NCBI GenBank assembly: GCA_028023455.1
Contig: JAQFVV010000007.1
Span: 17,422,001 to 17,486,000, forward strand
Source: Epiperipatus broadwayi
Taxonomy: Eukaryota > Animalia > Onychophora
DNA length: 64,000 nucleotides
Reading direction: 5' to 3'
Shown: positions 37,401-52,130 of the stretch, in pieces
How positions within the stretch are numbered: the first letter of the stretch is position 1
Layout: each line of letters opens with the position of its first letter
Notes under the pieces: model-generated
Databases searched by the model: none
What the model was told of the DNA's origin: nothing
What the model saw: only the letters and a program-made list of their open reading frames with translations
Translations under genes and position numbers: made by a program

Positions 37401-40400
37401 ATTTCCTGCTAATTGATTTAATTGCATTTGAGAATATTCGGTAGGATTGCATCAGATTTTCGGACCGTCATTACTAAAAATAAATAATATTTTATACAAA
37501 ATTTTAAATATATCATATACAATAATGTGTTTTAATATAACTATTTTACACTTAATCTCCCATCACCTATTGCATTTACATATCCTTTATGCACATAGAC
37601 GATTTTTAAATGATACAAAATATTTGTTTATTTAAAATATTTAATTTTAAGATATTATTAAATATCTATGTCAGTTGTTTTTAAGTCTAAAGCAAAAAAA
37701 TTGTGTTAGATAAGCACATATTCGCATAAGGATGGAGTTTGAATTTGGGTCTGGTGGTGGGAGATTAGAGTGGGCTGTGAAGCGCAATCTGACTCTCAGA
37801 TTGACTGCTTCAATATAATATATACACTGAGAATAATATAATAAATGAGAAGTGGATTTTGGTAGTCTCCAGTATCTAATATACCTGTTATTTATTAAAA
37901 TAAACAGATTGGTATATTACATATGTTTCAGCTAATTTGATGCAAACAGGTGTTTAGACTTTTAGGATATCTAACAAAATTAAGTTGGAGCTGAAACACA
38001 ATGTAAATATGGGAAATCATTCTGTTTATTTTGCATTAGATAATAGTTAATGATCTTAATTAAAGTTTAAATTTGGACTGAAGACTACTAAAATCCACTT
38101 TTCGTTTACATATACAATGCAAAAACTGCAAGACATTAAATACTAATATATCATTGAGAATTCAATAATAATTTAGTTTAGCTATCTGAGAATAGAGGGA
38201 GGGGGGTATTTTATTATCAGTAAACTAATTTTATTTCTTTCATACCCTTTAAATGAAAAAGAGGGGAATTCAATAATTTAACAGTAAAAAAAAAAAAGAA
38301 ATAACTTGTGTGCCGGACCATACTTCCCTGCGGAATTCTGCTCCTAATCTTGCACTGAGCATGAAGTGATCAAGATTTAACAGGGAAAGAAGTGGATACC
38401 AATTTAGCCAATTGTCTGTACTTATATATATTGGTACTTCCAGCTAAACTGATAGAAAGAGTGAATTGACAGGACTCTGCCAATTAAATACCCCTTTAGT
38501 TGATATCCTTCTCGAATACCTGAATGTTTAGGACCTATGGTAAATACACATCTTTGAAAAGTCTATTTACAGATAGCTTTTGCCCACCACTCTTAGAAAA
38601 GAATAAAAATGAATTTTCCCCCCTCCTAGAAAGATGTGCATTACCATATGTTCAGCGGAGCATCAGAATAAAATTTAACACCCTGGTAGAGTGATATCCC
38701 GTATGGCTAGTTCAGTCACTCTACATCTAGGGTCATCAATGGATAAGTTAAATGGTTATTATAGGTATGTGATTTTATCAAATAAATAATAATACGAAAA
38801 CAAAACCAATTTAATATTATGATTAAATATTTATTTAATCCCAGATACCCACCACCATTTCATACTTATAATGATATAATAAAAACTACTAAATAATTAA
38901 TTATTACAAACCCATATATATTTGATGCGTTGAAATGGATAAAATATAAATACAATTTTAAATGAATAAGAAAAATAATAAAACCCTAAAACTATTTACA
39001 ATGTTTCGCAATGAATGGAAGTGGTCTGAGCTTTTTACCCTGTGGAAATAAGTTGTACTTTGTGTGATTTGATATATGTTTCTGGGATAAAAGATTTTCG
39101 ATTATACAGGCATACACTTTTACTCAGGACTTTAAAACCTTTTTTATTGATAGCGAATCTAATTTTTAAAAAAAACTATACGTACATATATCTGCATTAT
39201 AAAATATTTCGCTAATTTCGTATTTTACATGTCAATAAGGTTGTGTTAGCTCAGATACCATAGAGCACTCAACATGAGGGGCTGTATCTATTTGCCTTTT
39301 ACAATAAATTCTTATACATGTATATACGTGCAACACAATTATACACTCACTACTATTCTAAATATAAAATTATTAGTGGACTTGCTTACGGAAAATTTAC
39401 AATAAATAAACCCTTCATAAGGTGCAGCAATGACAAAAAACAACTTAAAAGGATATACAAATACATTTTTAGACACTTCACATGAGGTGTCGTATTTACC
39501 GAATATTACCAGTGTATGTGCATGTATATACACATGTATATTTACGTATGACAATTTTCAACAAGAAGAAAAACAAGCAGCAATAAAAAAAAAAAAACTA
39601 ATTAATTGCAACCTTTGCTGGAAATACAAGAATTTGGGATAGAAAAAATGAATTAAAAGATGTAAGTAAAAGCTGTGTCATTATGCCTAATAATAACCAT
39701 AAATTCAATATATATATATATATATGTGAGAGACAACTCTTTTTTTTTTAAATGATTAATAATTATAAGAAAAAAGTATATATATTTCTAATTATCAGAA
39801 ATATCAGAATGAATTAATTCAATAATAAAATATTTTTAAAAGAAACTTATGTAGGCGTCTTCATCTTCTCCTGACTGGGCTTTGAGCGGGCTTCAATTCA
39901 ACTAGCTGTGCAGTGGGGATTTCATCTCATTCGGGCATAGGCAAGGCGGCTTTTGTCATCATCGTGGCCGGCTGGAACTGGCGTGATCACATCTTGGCAG
40001 CTTGGACAGAGAAAGGGCGGGGGCACCACAGTTGGTTGTCTACCCCACGGTCATTTTACCGGAACTTCTAGTAGATTGCTTAATATGTTCTTTTTTTGTA
40101 TATTATAATAATTATGATTATTATTAAATTTTGATCTGCTGTCTCGAATGATTAATCGAATCCACAAGAAAGTAAGAGTTCTTAAAAGAACTGTATAATG
40201 GATTTCTTCTTAAGAAATATCAGCAATAGTCTAGTCCATAAATTAATCTCTAAGTGGCTAGATGATTGAAGAATTCAGGAATCAAAGTGGTGAATGACTT
40301 GGCCAGAATGACTGCCAAAGAAAGAATGAACTGAATCCCACAGCACTGACTAAAACCTATCACCCCATTCATACAGAACCAATTCAGGTACTCCCCCTGA

Positions 40401-42811
40401 GAAGTATGAATTAGCCAACCCTTTTAATTTAGCTTATCACTTAGATTATAAACATTCCTTTCTATTTTTCCGATTAAATTCTACATAGCAGGGTTTGATA
40501 TAATGATTAGTTTCCATTTTGAATACTCAGACCACTTGATTACAGATATCAATTCAAAAGAATTTCTATTTTATCTATAAAAAATAATAATATTTTAACT
40601 ACAACATTTATTATCAAACATTTTGCTTTTGGTCTGATTTTTGCCAAAGCAATTAACATTCTTTGCTTACGGAATAAAATTACAGTTTTTAAAAAAGTAA
40701 TTAAAAAAATAAAAAATATATACAAGTATGTTGGAACAATTACTTTAATTATATATTTTACTATGTTCCAACATGTGATCCATTTGTTCAATAAAGTTTG
40801 TTTTTCTCTATTTGAATTTTTCAGAGAAAAGCAAAATACATAAAATGACATATACTGAAAATATACAAAACAATAAATAAAAAAATACATCAGTTTATTA
40901 TACGTATATTTGTGTACAATATTTTAAATTGGTGTGTGGGGGTGTTTTAATGCTCAGACCCACTTCCATTACTAATGTAGCACATTTATATATTTGTTGT
41001 GCTTAATATATATAAATTTCCATGTGTATCTGCTGTAATGTTTTTTACAGCAGGCTTTGTGCATGGACATTTGATAATGCCCGGCACACTTGATTAGTTA
41101 TAAAATCATTTATTATGAAACACCTATTATTTGAAATGTAATGCTTCATATGTGTGTGGTTTTTTTTTTAATTTAAAAAATAATGTATGCTTTTTAAAAT
41201 GATTAATGATCATTCGAAGAAGTCATTTTAATATATAAGCAATACTTTTTTTTTTTTTAATCTTAAATTTGATTTAAGCAAGAAGTTGTGGAAAGGTTTC
41301 CTATCTATGATTAGTATATTATTGTCTGAATTTTTTTAAATTGATGTGTAAATATGAATAATTAATTAAATATGATACTGTTAATAAATTATAATTACAA
41401 TAAAATTACTTTTGATGTATCCTTTGCAATAGTAATAACATCTTGTCATTCATGGGTAAAAATAAGGTTATTCATCACCCAATGGTGATTTTTGCTTACT
41501 GGTATGGGAGGGGGGGTCTAGTATTATTTGATTATTAATATACAGTGCTATTATAATGCCTTTTCCTTTATTTTATTTTTTTGGAGGTTATTTGGAAGAT
41601 CTTTGATCAGCAGTAAGTTATTTAATGGCTGTTTTATTGTTTGTTTTTGTTTAATGTTAGTAAGAACCATAAATAAATTAGGGCTTTTAAATATGTCATG
41701 CTAAGAATATAAATTTGTTCACAGAGCATCTATGTCTGAATTATTGATGATAATAATTCACAAGTCAGATTCCCAAAGAATTATTTTTTAACAAATTTAC
41801 AAATAAGACCACTTTCACATGTCAGTGCCCAACCTGTGGGCAAGTAGCTAAAAGTAGCCACTTTTTTGTTGCATGGAAATTAAATCAAACATTGATTCTT
41901 GAAATGGCTGTAGCTTTATATTTTTTTTATTTGGGATTATTGTAATAATGTACTTGGACTTAATTGCTCTATAAATAAGTTATATTCTCAGTGATATGTA
42001 TTTAATAGCTATAATTTATTTATGAACTCATTAAAGTTATTATTAATACCAGATGTACCCGACCTTTTGAAAGGCTGTTGTTTTTATATAACAGATTATT
42101 AAATATAATATTTGTAATAGATTTTTCAATTAGTTTCTTTAACATTTTTTCAGAAATGTTACAAAAGCGATGTCCTTTCAGGTTATCATCTTGTAAAAGG
42201 CTGTCATTACCTGTTATATTGATAGCATTACGAACAAACATTTTCTGACAGCATTATGGCCAATATAAGATTTAATGTAAATTAAGCAAAAATTTTAAAT
42301 AAATATGAGATATTTTCCCATTACCTGTTCTATTTGAAGCGTGAATTTGACAGCGTTATTATGATGTTAATGGTGGAAGCAATAGTCATTTTTTTGTTGA
42401 AAAATATGTCTCTTGAATTTGACATGTTACACCGGACAAGCATTCATACATTCACCAATCAAGCAACAGAGAAAATATGGATTTTATATATTAGATTACA
42501 AAAGATACCACTGATATAAAGTTTCAGCCTGTTTGAATGACAATATTTGATTTATTTATAATATAACAATGTGCAGATCACATAGAGTGATTATCCTTTG
42601 TTAATGGGATTTGTTTGCTAGTTTCTTAAAAAAAGCGATTATTTGAGAATCTGCTTTATGAATTATTGTAGTAATGCATTAGTTGCTCCATGAATAAGTT
42701 AAAAATATGTAAATGAATTAATAATCTATCATTAAAATTTTTAATAATGTATGTTAATTTTTTTATTACGTTGTTTTTATATATCGTATATATTTTTTAT
42801 TATCCTTGCAG

Positions 42812-43123
42812 ATGAAACTGATCCGGACATTTTAGGATCAAATGTATTAAAAGTTGAGAAATCAGAATCAGATAGTTTTAAATATGACTTTGGTCTAGCT
42901 CTGAATATGAAAAAGACTTCCAGTGCCGTCCTTCCATCTTCCAGCAATAGCTTGTTTAATAGTATTGCGAGTACTGTGGCCAGCCCTGCTTTAAATCGAA
43001 AGTCATTAGATTGGAATTTAAGCTCTGTATATAATACAAATAGTTTTTCTTCTGAAACGAAAAGCTATAGCAACACAAATTCTCTATCCAACAAGAGACA
43101 GGGACACAACAAAAGAGGAAGAG
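42812..43123 (+). CDS. Internal coding exon D (ETDPDIL...KTSSAVLPS...DWNLSSVYN...KRGR)
   Basis: tatccttgcag acceptor, AGAG|gtaagt consensus donor; 312 bp phase 1-1; same frame as ORF 42751..43140; paralogous to exon C. Confidence 0.85.
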
Positions 43124-43419
43124 GTAAGTTCACATACTGATTTCAGAAATAAATACTTTTTATTTATAGTTTACAAACTATCGGGTTATTTTTGAATATT
43201 ATTATTCTTGCATTTGTACGTGTAAGAGAAAAAAGTTGTAAAGACTCATAAACATTTATGATTGAATGTGTCATTCCAAATGGAAGATTTCTTGACAGAG
43301 TGTGCCCTATTTTACAAATTATTAAATTCGTTTGTAAATTTTATTAGTCACTGTCCTCGGTTGAAATTTAAACTGTGATTCCATTTGTTAAATTATTAGT
43401 GTTTTTTTTTTTTGGTATA

Positions 43420-44869
43420 CACCTGGGTCTTGTTTTATGTGGTAGATAAATTCCTCAGAAAACGCGCACAAAAGAAATCGCACAAAAATAGACTTAACTT
43501 ACCTTGAAAAATGGGGGATACGTACTGTCATTTTCCTAAAATCGCATAAAAGCAAAGCAAGAAGGAAAAATTATTTTAAAATTCGCATAAAAAATAAGAA
43601 AATAAAATATGACTAATAAAAAATTTCAAATTTGAAAAAAATTGATACAAGACAAACTTTTTTTACTTTTTTTATTAACTACAGTATTTAATTTTATTCA
43701 AAACAATATATTTTTATGTGTAATTTACATTTTTTTCATACATGTACGGTGTTTTAATTATTATCGCTATTTGAGATATCAGATTCGTCATGATGTGATG
43801 TAAGGTACTGTAGCTTCTCCTTAAACGAAGTCAAGAGGAAATATAACTAAAACGTTTTCCAATCGCTATTGATCCTTCCCATTTCGCTAAGTGATCTAAA
43901 ATTGAAATTTTTGTTTCCAAAGAAATTCATTTTCTTGGGTGTTTTTTTTCTCTCTATTGGGGTAAACTAACAGTTTAAAATAAAAAAAAAGAACTTAAAC
44001 TTACGATAATAAAAAGACACTGATTCACCACTGTTGGACAAAAATTAATTAAAACTAACAATTAAAAATTAATTTTTTATTTTTGTCTTTAATTTTTTAA
44101 TTTTCAATTCCATTTAAAAATCAAATTCCATCGTTTCACATCACCTCGTTAAGTAATTTTTAAATTGTTAATTACAATTAAAAATCAGATTTTAATTGTC
44201 ATATTTAATTGTGCCCACCGCTGTTACTCACCTTTTAAAAATAAACTTGCGGACACTAAATGATTAATTGATTATGTACTCGTTTTATAAAAAGCAAAAA
44301 TTGAACATGATTTAAAATGCAAAAACATACGTAGTATAGGCATCTATAACGTTTGAACAGATTTACATTATAATCTTGTAAAATTTATTCCTTGCGGACA
44401 CTAAATGATTAATTAATTATGTACTCTTTTTATAAAAAGCAAAAATAGAACGTGATTTAAAATGCAAAAACAACAAACATAGTATTTTTCATCTGTAACG
44501 TTTGAACAGATTTACTTTACAGTCTTGTAAAATTTAATGTGTGTATATAAAATGGGGAAATCCTGATTTTAAGTGAATTATGAACTTCTTTATTACATAA
44601 AATCTATTACAGTACTATTATAAAGCGCTGAAAATATTGAAATTATTAGATGGAAGTCGAACTCCGATAATGCGCTATTACTTTAAATATGACGTGAGTG
44701 CGCGAAATTTATAATATTTAAAGTAATAGCGCATTGTCAGAGCTCGACTTCTGATCTAATAATTTTTGTCGCATAAAAGAAAACCACATACAAAGATATT
44801 AAGAAGAATCATGAATCGCATAACTTCAAAATTGCATTAAATAAATCTGCATAAAACGAGACCCAGGTG
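43420..44869. mobile_element. Non-autonomous Tc1/mariner-superfamily (pogo/Tigger-like) element with TA TSD
   Basis: TA|CACCTGGGTCTTGTTTTATG ... CATAAAACGAGACCCAGGTG|TA; no transposase ORF; internal ~145 bp tandem repeat at 44245-44535. Confidence 0.85.
44640..44765. repeat. Small fold-back element inside the TA-flanked transposon
   Basis: aaattattagatggaagtcg...actttaaatat pairs with atatttaaagt...cgacttctgatctaataattt. Confidence 0.8.
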
Positions 44870-46884
44870 TATATTGAAATTAAATTAAAAGTATGAATTT
44901 GCTCATGTATTGTTGGTATATGATTAATATATTGACAAAAACCATTTGCTAAAAACTAGTCTCGATGTGTGGATAGGATAGCATTGCATCTTCTAGCAAT
45001 TAGTGATTACACAAGCTTACACTAGGCGGCAAAACTGGAGCCAGGAAAATAGAATTCTATCTATGTAATACCTAACTTTTTGCAAGTTTTAACTAATTAA
45101 CGTATAAATTGAAAATATTTATTTACTTTAACTAAGTTGAATCAACATGCAAAAAGTTGAATGTTACAAATTTATAATGAAATACATTCATTTTTAACAG
45201 TTATTTACTTGTTTCTCTCTCTCGTATGAGATTAACCTTTAAGCTTCCAAAAATAATAAAGTGTAGCATTTGTAGCTTGACCAAGCCTGCTTTTTAAATC
45301 TACGTGAAGTAACGATTCAGAGAGAGTCAGCATAAATCTTCATTGTTGGTTTTTTTTCTCGCTCAAATTGATTTCTCCAGACCTTTGCCCTCATGTCACG
45401 AACTCCAAATGAACTAACTTATCAAGATCGGTTTCAAGAATTAATAGTCGCCTGTGTTATAATCTTTGATGATTTAATGTCCCGCCAAATCATTTCTGTT
45501 TGACTTCCGGAATTATAATAATTGTCTTTTGGATCTGACATAACAATATTATGAAAAAAGTATATATATATATTTTTAGCATAATAAGCATTAATTATAA
45601 CTGTTAATAATAATAATTGAATGGCTGTATTATTCGGGAGTTCATAAGAAGTTGGAGTGATGGAAGTACCAGAACTGGAATTGATCCTTGACACTTTACG
45701 TCTACGGTAAACCACACATAGTATATCTAGTTTTGTTTTAGAAAGATATTTTTCAGTAGAAGCATGTCATTACAAGAATAAGCACTTTAAAACAAATGTT
45801 AAATATATGTATGTTCTAAGCTATTCTTTTTCCTTTATTCAACTAATGTAAATCTGCACTAAGCATGCAGCTAATAATGCTACCACGCTATGTAGATAAA
45901 TGTTGCAGATTTAGCGAATTTTTCTTTTTTTTAGTAGCAAATAAAGTCTTTGAGATGGTTGTCTTTGTTTTGAAGCTTCAATTCTTTCTGTTTATGGAAA
46001 AATAGCTTGTTGCTCGATTTCTGCAACTATTGAGATATTTTTTAGGATGTTTTCTTGATTGTAGATGTTATTTGTGTTATTGCTAAAGTTGTTTACATTC
46101 CACAGTCGTAACTCTGGCTGTGGTACAGTGTCATTTTGGAGGGTAAGGTCCTTGGACTGTCAGTTCTGGCACTCAAAATTTTTATGAACTTTTGAGCATT
46201 TATTTATTTTATGGAATTTTTTTTTTTAGAAATATTACTATAAATTATCAGAGATTGTTGTAATGGTGGGATCTGCACTTATGACTCTTTTCTTCAGTTA
46301 CTGTATTTTCTTTGAAAATTACACGTTAATTTTCCCTTCTTACCTATTATTTTCTACATTGTTCTTATCCTGATTTTCTCACCTATTGTAAATCTAGGAT
46401 TTATCTAAAAATTACTTATCTAAGTAGTAGGAAAGTGAAGACAGGGTTATGAATATTTAATATTTTTATTAGTTGACTCCAAGTGATAAGGGAAGTGAGT
46501 AATAAATGGATTATTCCCTGATCCATGAATATAGTGGAAATGGGACCTGCACTATTATCAGTAACTACTGTCCATTTATCTATACATGCAAATTTTTCTG
46601 TGAGATTATCTCATATCTGTACTTGTAATAAATTTATATTCAATCCAACTTAAAAAATTCAATTGCAATTAGAAATTTTTTTTCTTCCATTAATCCTGAA
46701 TGGTTTGCTAAGCTCCTACTAGCTGTAGGCATGGGACACATTTGTGTGGCGGTGATGCTTTTTATGGATATTTTCGCATCTTTTGGTATGTTTTTCAAAG
46801 ATCTTCATGGATCAAATCCACAATCGTAGTTCAATCTTCAGAGGAAATAATAACTAATTCCCGAGAGAATCCTCTTTTGCTATA

Positions 46885-47915
46885 CACCTGGGTCTCGTTT
46901 TATGCAGTAGATAGGTTTCACAGAAAACCCGCATTAAAGAAAATCGCACAAAAATAGACTTAATTTACCTTGAAAAACAGGGGAAAGGGTCTGTAATTTT
47001 CATAATTCACATAAAAGCAAAGCAACAAGGAAAAAAATACTTTAAAATTCACTTTAAAAAAATAAGGAAATAAAGTATGACTAATAAAAAATATCAAATA
47101 TTTGAAAAAAATTGGTACAAGACAAACTTTTTTTACTTTTTTTTATTAACTACAGTATTTAATTTGACATTTTTTCATACCTATTTTAATCATTATGCAG
47201 TTCGTTTGTAAACTAGTAAGAAATCAGATTCGTCGATGTGATGTGATATAGCTTTTCCTTGAACGAAGTCAAGAATCTCTCAGCAATTATGCCCAGAGAA
47301 ACTTGTTAGCCACTTTATTTTCCATTCCCCACTAAGTTTTCCCATATTCTGCTCCATCCCATTTACACAACTAGTGCCAGTTTCAGTCTTGTGCTGTGTG
47401 TATGGTTTTCTGTTGACAACTGATTTTTACTACTGAAATAAATTTTAAATGTTCACATTTTGTTTCTATATTAAAAAAATGGGATCATTATACATTATCA
47501 TTAGAAATATTTTCAGTTTATAAAATTTATAAAATCTTAGTTATTTATTTTAAAAATCTACATTATTTATTTCTGTTATACTTAACAAAATACGTTTTAA
47601 AAGTTTAAAATTTTTGAATATTTATTGCAATATTTTTATATTTAAGTATAAATCTATTATTATTATTTACTCATTAGTATAAGTAGGTTATTTATTCTAA
47701 ATATAGCTTTAGGCCATATTCACGTTAGCTGCTTAATATAATGTTATATTTTTGGGAAAAAAAAAAAAGTATTTCAAGTGAAAATAAGTTATTAATAATT
47801 TAAATTTCTTGATATCTAATAAATATAGTGAAATATGAAAAATATTAAGAAGAAACATGAATCGCATAACTTCAAAATCGCATTAAAATAATCCGCATAA
47901 AACGAGACCCAGGTG
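46885..47915. mobile_element. Second, shorter copy of the pogo/Tigger-like MITE with TA TSD
   Basis: TA|CACCTGGGTCTCGTTTTATG ... CATAAAACGAGACCCAGGTG|TA; colinear with 43420-43850 and 44790-44869. Confidence 0.85.
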
Positions 47916-48399
47916 TAGATAGATTCTCATGCACATTTTTGAATGGTCTTGGGGACACATGGTAAGCCAGTTTTGCCCAATTCACTTTAGGAGGAGTTGA
48001 TATAGCTTGGATTCTACCTAAACCATGTGACAATTATACCCTCTACCTAGATTTATTTTCTTTGAAGCTCATTCCCATCATTTACCTACTAGGGTGTAGC
48101 ATTAATCCTATCCTACCTTTCATGTTTCATAGCTGCAATCACTTCTGTGTACACTACTTCTCTGAGATTCAGCATCCTTAAACCTAATTTTTTATTGGTA
48201 GTGGAAATATTATATTTAGCTTAGTTTAAACAATTTAGGAAACCATGAGTGTAGCTCATTTTTAATTGCAATTTTTTTTAATAATCTCAGGAAAGGGTTT
48301 AAAGCATTTTTAAGCTAATATAGCTGCTATATTGCTTGTGTGATTCGTAGGTCACTGTGAAGTTTCTGTTAATATTTTGGAGCTGCTTTACTTTTTTTC

Positions 48400-49700
48400 A
48401 TTAAACAGTTTCGTGTCTTTTTCTACATGAGAAACTCGTTATCTGTTATCTTGAGATCATTGCTAATATACATTTTAATTCTGTCATTTTTTGTTCCATC
48501 TTTGATTTAATGAGTTTTATTGATCTTCTGGAAAGACCACGTCTTTTTTTTGTATGACAGATTCTAGTCATATGGTCTTTGCAGAGATATTTTTGTCTAC
48601 GTTTTGCTGTTATGTGTGCTGATTGATGCAACAAAAACTAGTTATGTCCATGCTCACCTCTCTATCCATCTTTGTTCTGAGAGTATTTTCCTTTGGGAGA
48701 AGAAAGTTTCTGGTCTTATTGATAATATTGGATAACTTCGAAGTTCTCAAACTCCCACCTGTTCTATGGCTATTTCATAGGCTGAGCCAAATCGCATGTT
48801 CATAAATGATGGTAGAATTGGTAAATATGGATTATCTACAAAATCCATCAGGAATCATTGATGTTTTCAGGAAGCTACAAATGTGTTTTTGTTGTGTCAT
48901 TATATGCTGTATCTTCCACGTTCTTCCCTTAACGGGTGCATGTTACGAAAACAAAGCGATGTGTTGTGAAGGAACAGAAGTTCTCTAACTATTAAACCCC
49001 TACATAATATGAAGTTTTAGGAAGCTAGGTTTCATACCCAAGATTGAACATATTCATTACTTTTGTCCAACTTAAGTAAAGCAATGATTCCACTTAGTTT
49101 TACTATAAGTATATTGACATATGTCTGCATATTTTTGTAGCAGCCCTTTCTACATTCATGGCTTTTTTTGTTTTGAGTGAGAATTACTGGGCAGTTCTTG
49201 AATTCTATCTAAATATTTTCTGCCAGAAATATTTATGGATTACTTAGCAGTTCCTATGTTTCGATTTAAATAATTTGTATCAGAAATAATTAATTTCTAC
49301 TAAACTGCTTTTGTAGATCTATGTCTGCAAAAGTTCAGTTGTGGCCGGGGTGGAAGACTGATTTCTGTGATGAATCAGTAGACGTCTAGTTTACGCCAAA
49401 CTGTTGTTTTACATTGTGCTCCATAAGCTCATAATAATTGCCAAAAAAATTGATCTTTTCTGACTGTGATCACAAATAAATTTGATGAACTGTCTTTTGT
49501 CAATCTGCCAAAAAAAGTTGAGCCATATCTCCTGTCATTTTTATGTCAGCAAAATTTAGCTCATAGTCATGTATTGATGTTTTGGAAAATTTGTTTTCGG
49601 TTATGTAATGATGCTAAATTAAAATGTTATAGCTTCATTAATATAAATAAACTTGTTAAATTTATAAAGTTGATTAATTACACCTTGTAAAAAGGTAAAC
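48400..49700 (-). mobile_element. Highly degraded LINE (RTE-like) relic
   Basis: Minus-strand peptide HMTRIC...KKRRGLSRRS resembles RTE C-terminal GHxxR...GRPRR; many stops. Confidence 0.35.
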
Positions 49701-51599
49701 TTTGACAAATTTAATAAAATAAATATATTAATAACAATTCTGTAGCATGCCTTGTGCTGCTTTTAGAACCTATAGTGAGTTAGCATAAATCATGTTTGCT
49801 GATTTTTTCTCTCTCTAAATTGATCTGGCACCAGATCTTTCATCCTTGTATCACAAACCTCGAAGGAGGCAGTGAAACTGGAGTCAAGTGCTAATTATAT
49901 CTAGAATCATAATCTGATGTTTAGAGTAATAATAGTTTGTCTTTTGGATCTGAGCATCTGACAGGATGTTATTTAAAAAATATTGTTTAGATGTTTTTAT
50001 CATACATATTTTTAATGTATATAATTTCTTTCATACCTGTCTCAACAAGAGTTTTCATCTGCAATCATTTTAGTAATTACAAGTAGTGGTCTATTCTCTT
50101 CCCTTTTTATATATTTGTGTTAGAACATTCATAAGTAATCGTCACATTTTTCTACGTTTCATCATAAATGTTTTTTATCAAATTTTTGATGATACTATTT
50201 GCTATGTCTTGATCTTAACTTTCTCTTGATTAAGACTAGCAAAACGATTTCTAAGCCTGTCCATTAAAGTATGAAGATTGGCTATCTTAATATAAAGCTG
50301 AGCACTGATTGTATATATGTTTGGAGATGGTAATCTAGACCAACTGATGATATTGATGATTATTATCTTTTCAACATGTGTGTGATCAGGTGGGTCAGCA
50401 ATATGAAAGTCTGAGTTTGAATCTATTATATATTACATTATATGTGTGGGTGTGTGTAAGCCTTTACAGTGTATTAAATTACTTTTCTTAGTAAAGTAAC
50501 TAACCCCACTGCGGATCAATTTCTAAACTAATTTTAATAACAGAACAATAATATTCTAATAGTACATATACACATATTTTTATACGCTATACATAGATTT
50601 CAATATGAGTACATATAAAATCAATTCCACTTGCTGAACTTTCTTCCGGAAAGTATTAGTTCCTTGCTTAATCATTAATTAAAGTCACTATTTACCTAAT
50701 ATTCTTACAAATGTCTTTACTTCTGTGAACCCTTGAGACGCATATAAATTATAGTAAGATCGGGGCGATCTGTTTGATCCCTAGTTGGCTTGAGTATCTT
50801 CAGGAGCCGAGACCCTGGATCTGGAAACAAATCCTCACTGGTTTCTTCCGCTGCTTTACATCAGTGCACAACACAGTTGCATGAACACACGAGGAACGGA
50901 GGAAAAAGATGTGGCTTTCTTTTCCCCCCTGCCTAAATAGTTTTCCTTTTCTTTGTTTTCTGAAGTAATCTATCTGTTTCATCTTTATCCAGGCGGAAGG
51001 TTTTTTATTATCTATTAAGGTTTTTTAAAACGTTAGATTCTTCTAGAATTCGATTGTTAATTAGTTATTGCTAATTGAATTCCTACGTAACTAGTTTTAA
51101 ACAATAGTTTTAGTAATGTAAAATTTTAGTATTAATTTAATACGTACATTTTACTGGTAATTAATAGATATTCCATTATTATTTTAAATTACTGTCTTCC
51201 CTTCAGTAAGCTCTCCCATAAAGTTATGTTTAGTTTGTGATATTTCATATTGGCTATGAAAAATCAATCTTATGATAAAGTTTCATCATCTAAACCTGCT
51301 TTTTCCCCCTGTATCTTTTATGGTTAGTCTGCATGTATGTCTATAGAAGGTATGTAATCTTTGCCTGAAGTCCATTGTAATCAGTATGATAGTAAAACTA
51401 AGCCATATTACTTGACTGTCATTAGTATTATTTCCCATTTCCATAACAGTTTATTTTAGCATCTTACATTGTGCAAAAACTTAATGGAAGAATATACCAA
51501 ATGAGGATTATAGAAAAACAGAATAATTGGCGTTAGAAGGAAATTATGTATTGATCATTATTGGGGGGGGGGGGGAGGATCATAAAATCGAACAGTTTC

Positions 51600-52130
51600 A
51601 ATATTTATAATCAATCATTGAAAAAAATATGTTCTCCAGAAGAGAAATACATAAAACAAGTGATAAAAACAAGACGAAAATAGAAATACTCAAATCGACT
51701 TTTACGAACAGTTGATGAAAATGAGAAATTATTTATGATACTATGGTATAGAATGTATAATTGTATGGCTGGGACTTGGATGATAGCAAAGGAAAATGTA
51801 CTGAGTTTGTGGGCAACAGAAACATTATTGGAGATCAGAGATTGAAGAAAAAAGAAGAAATCAAAGGCATAGTTTGGAGTGAAAATAAAAGTACGTCAGC
51901 AGTCATTTAAGAAAGAAAATTAATTAAGATGATATGATCATGTTGAAATGAATAAGAAAGCAGTATAAAATAGTATGGTTTATATTAGAAAAATAAAAGA
52001 ACAGTAAAGGAGGAATGATATTTGATTTGAAAGCAGAGGGAAGGAAAGGAGAGGAAAATGAAAGAAGTGATAGAAGGAAGACCTGAAAAACAGCATGAGA
52101 AGAAATGGTCTATTTGAGATGGAGGTCATA
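51600..52130 (+). mobile_element. Degraded LINE (RTE-like) 3' relic
   Basis: Purine-rich degenerate coding sequence similar in style to RTE C-terminal domains; weak. Confidence 0.3.

Noticed and set aside
50760-50810. Minus-strand CTGAAGA...AAACAGATC as a hammerhead
   Set aside because: No GAAA, no convincing stem I or II.
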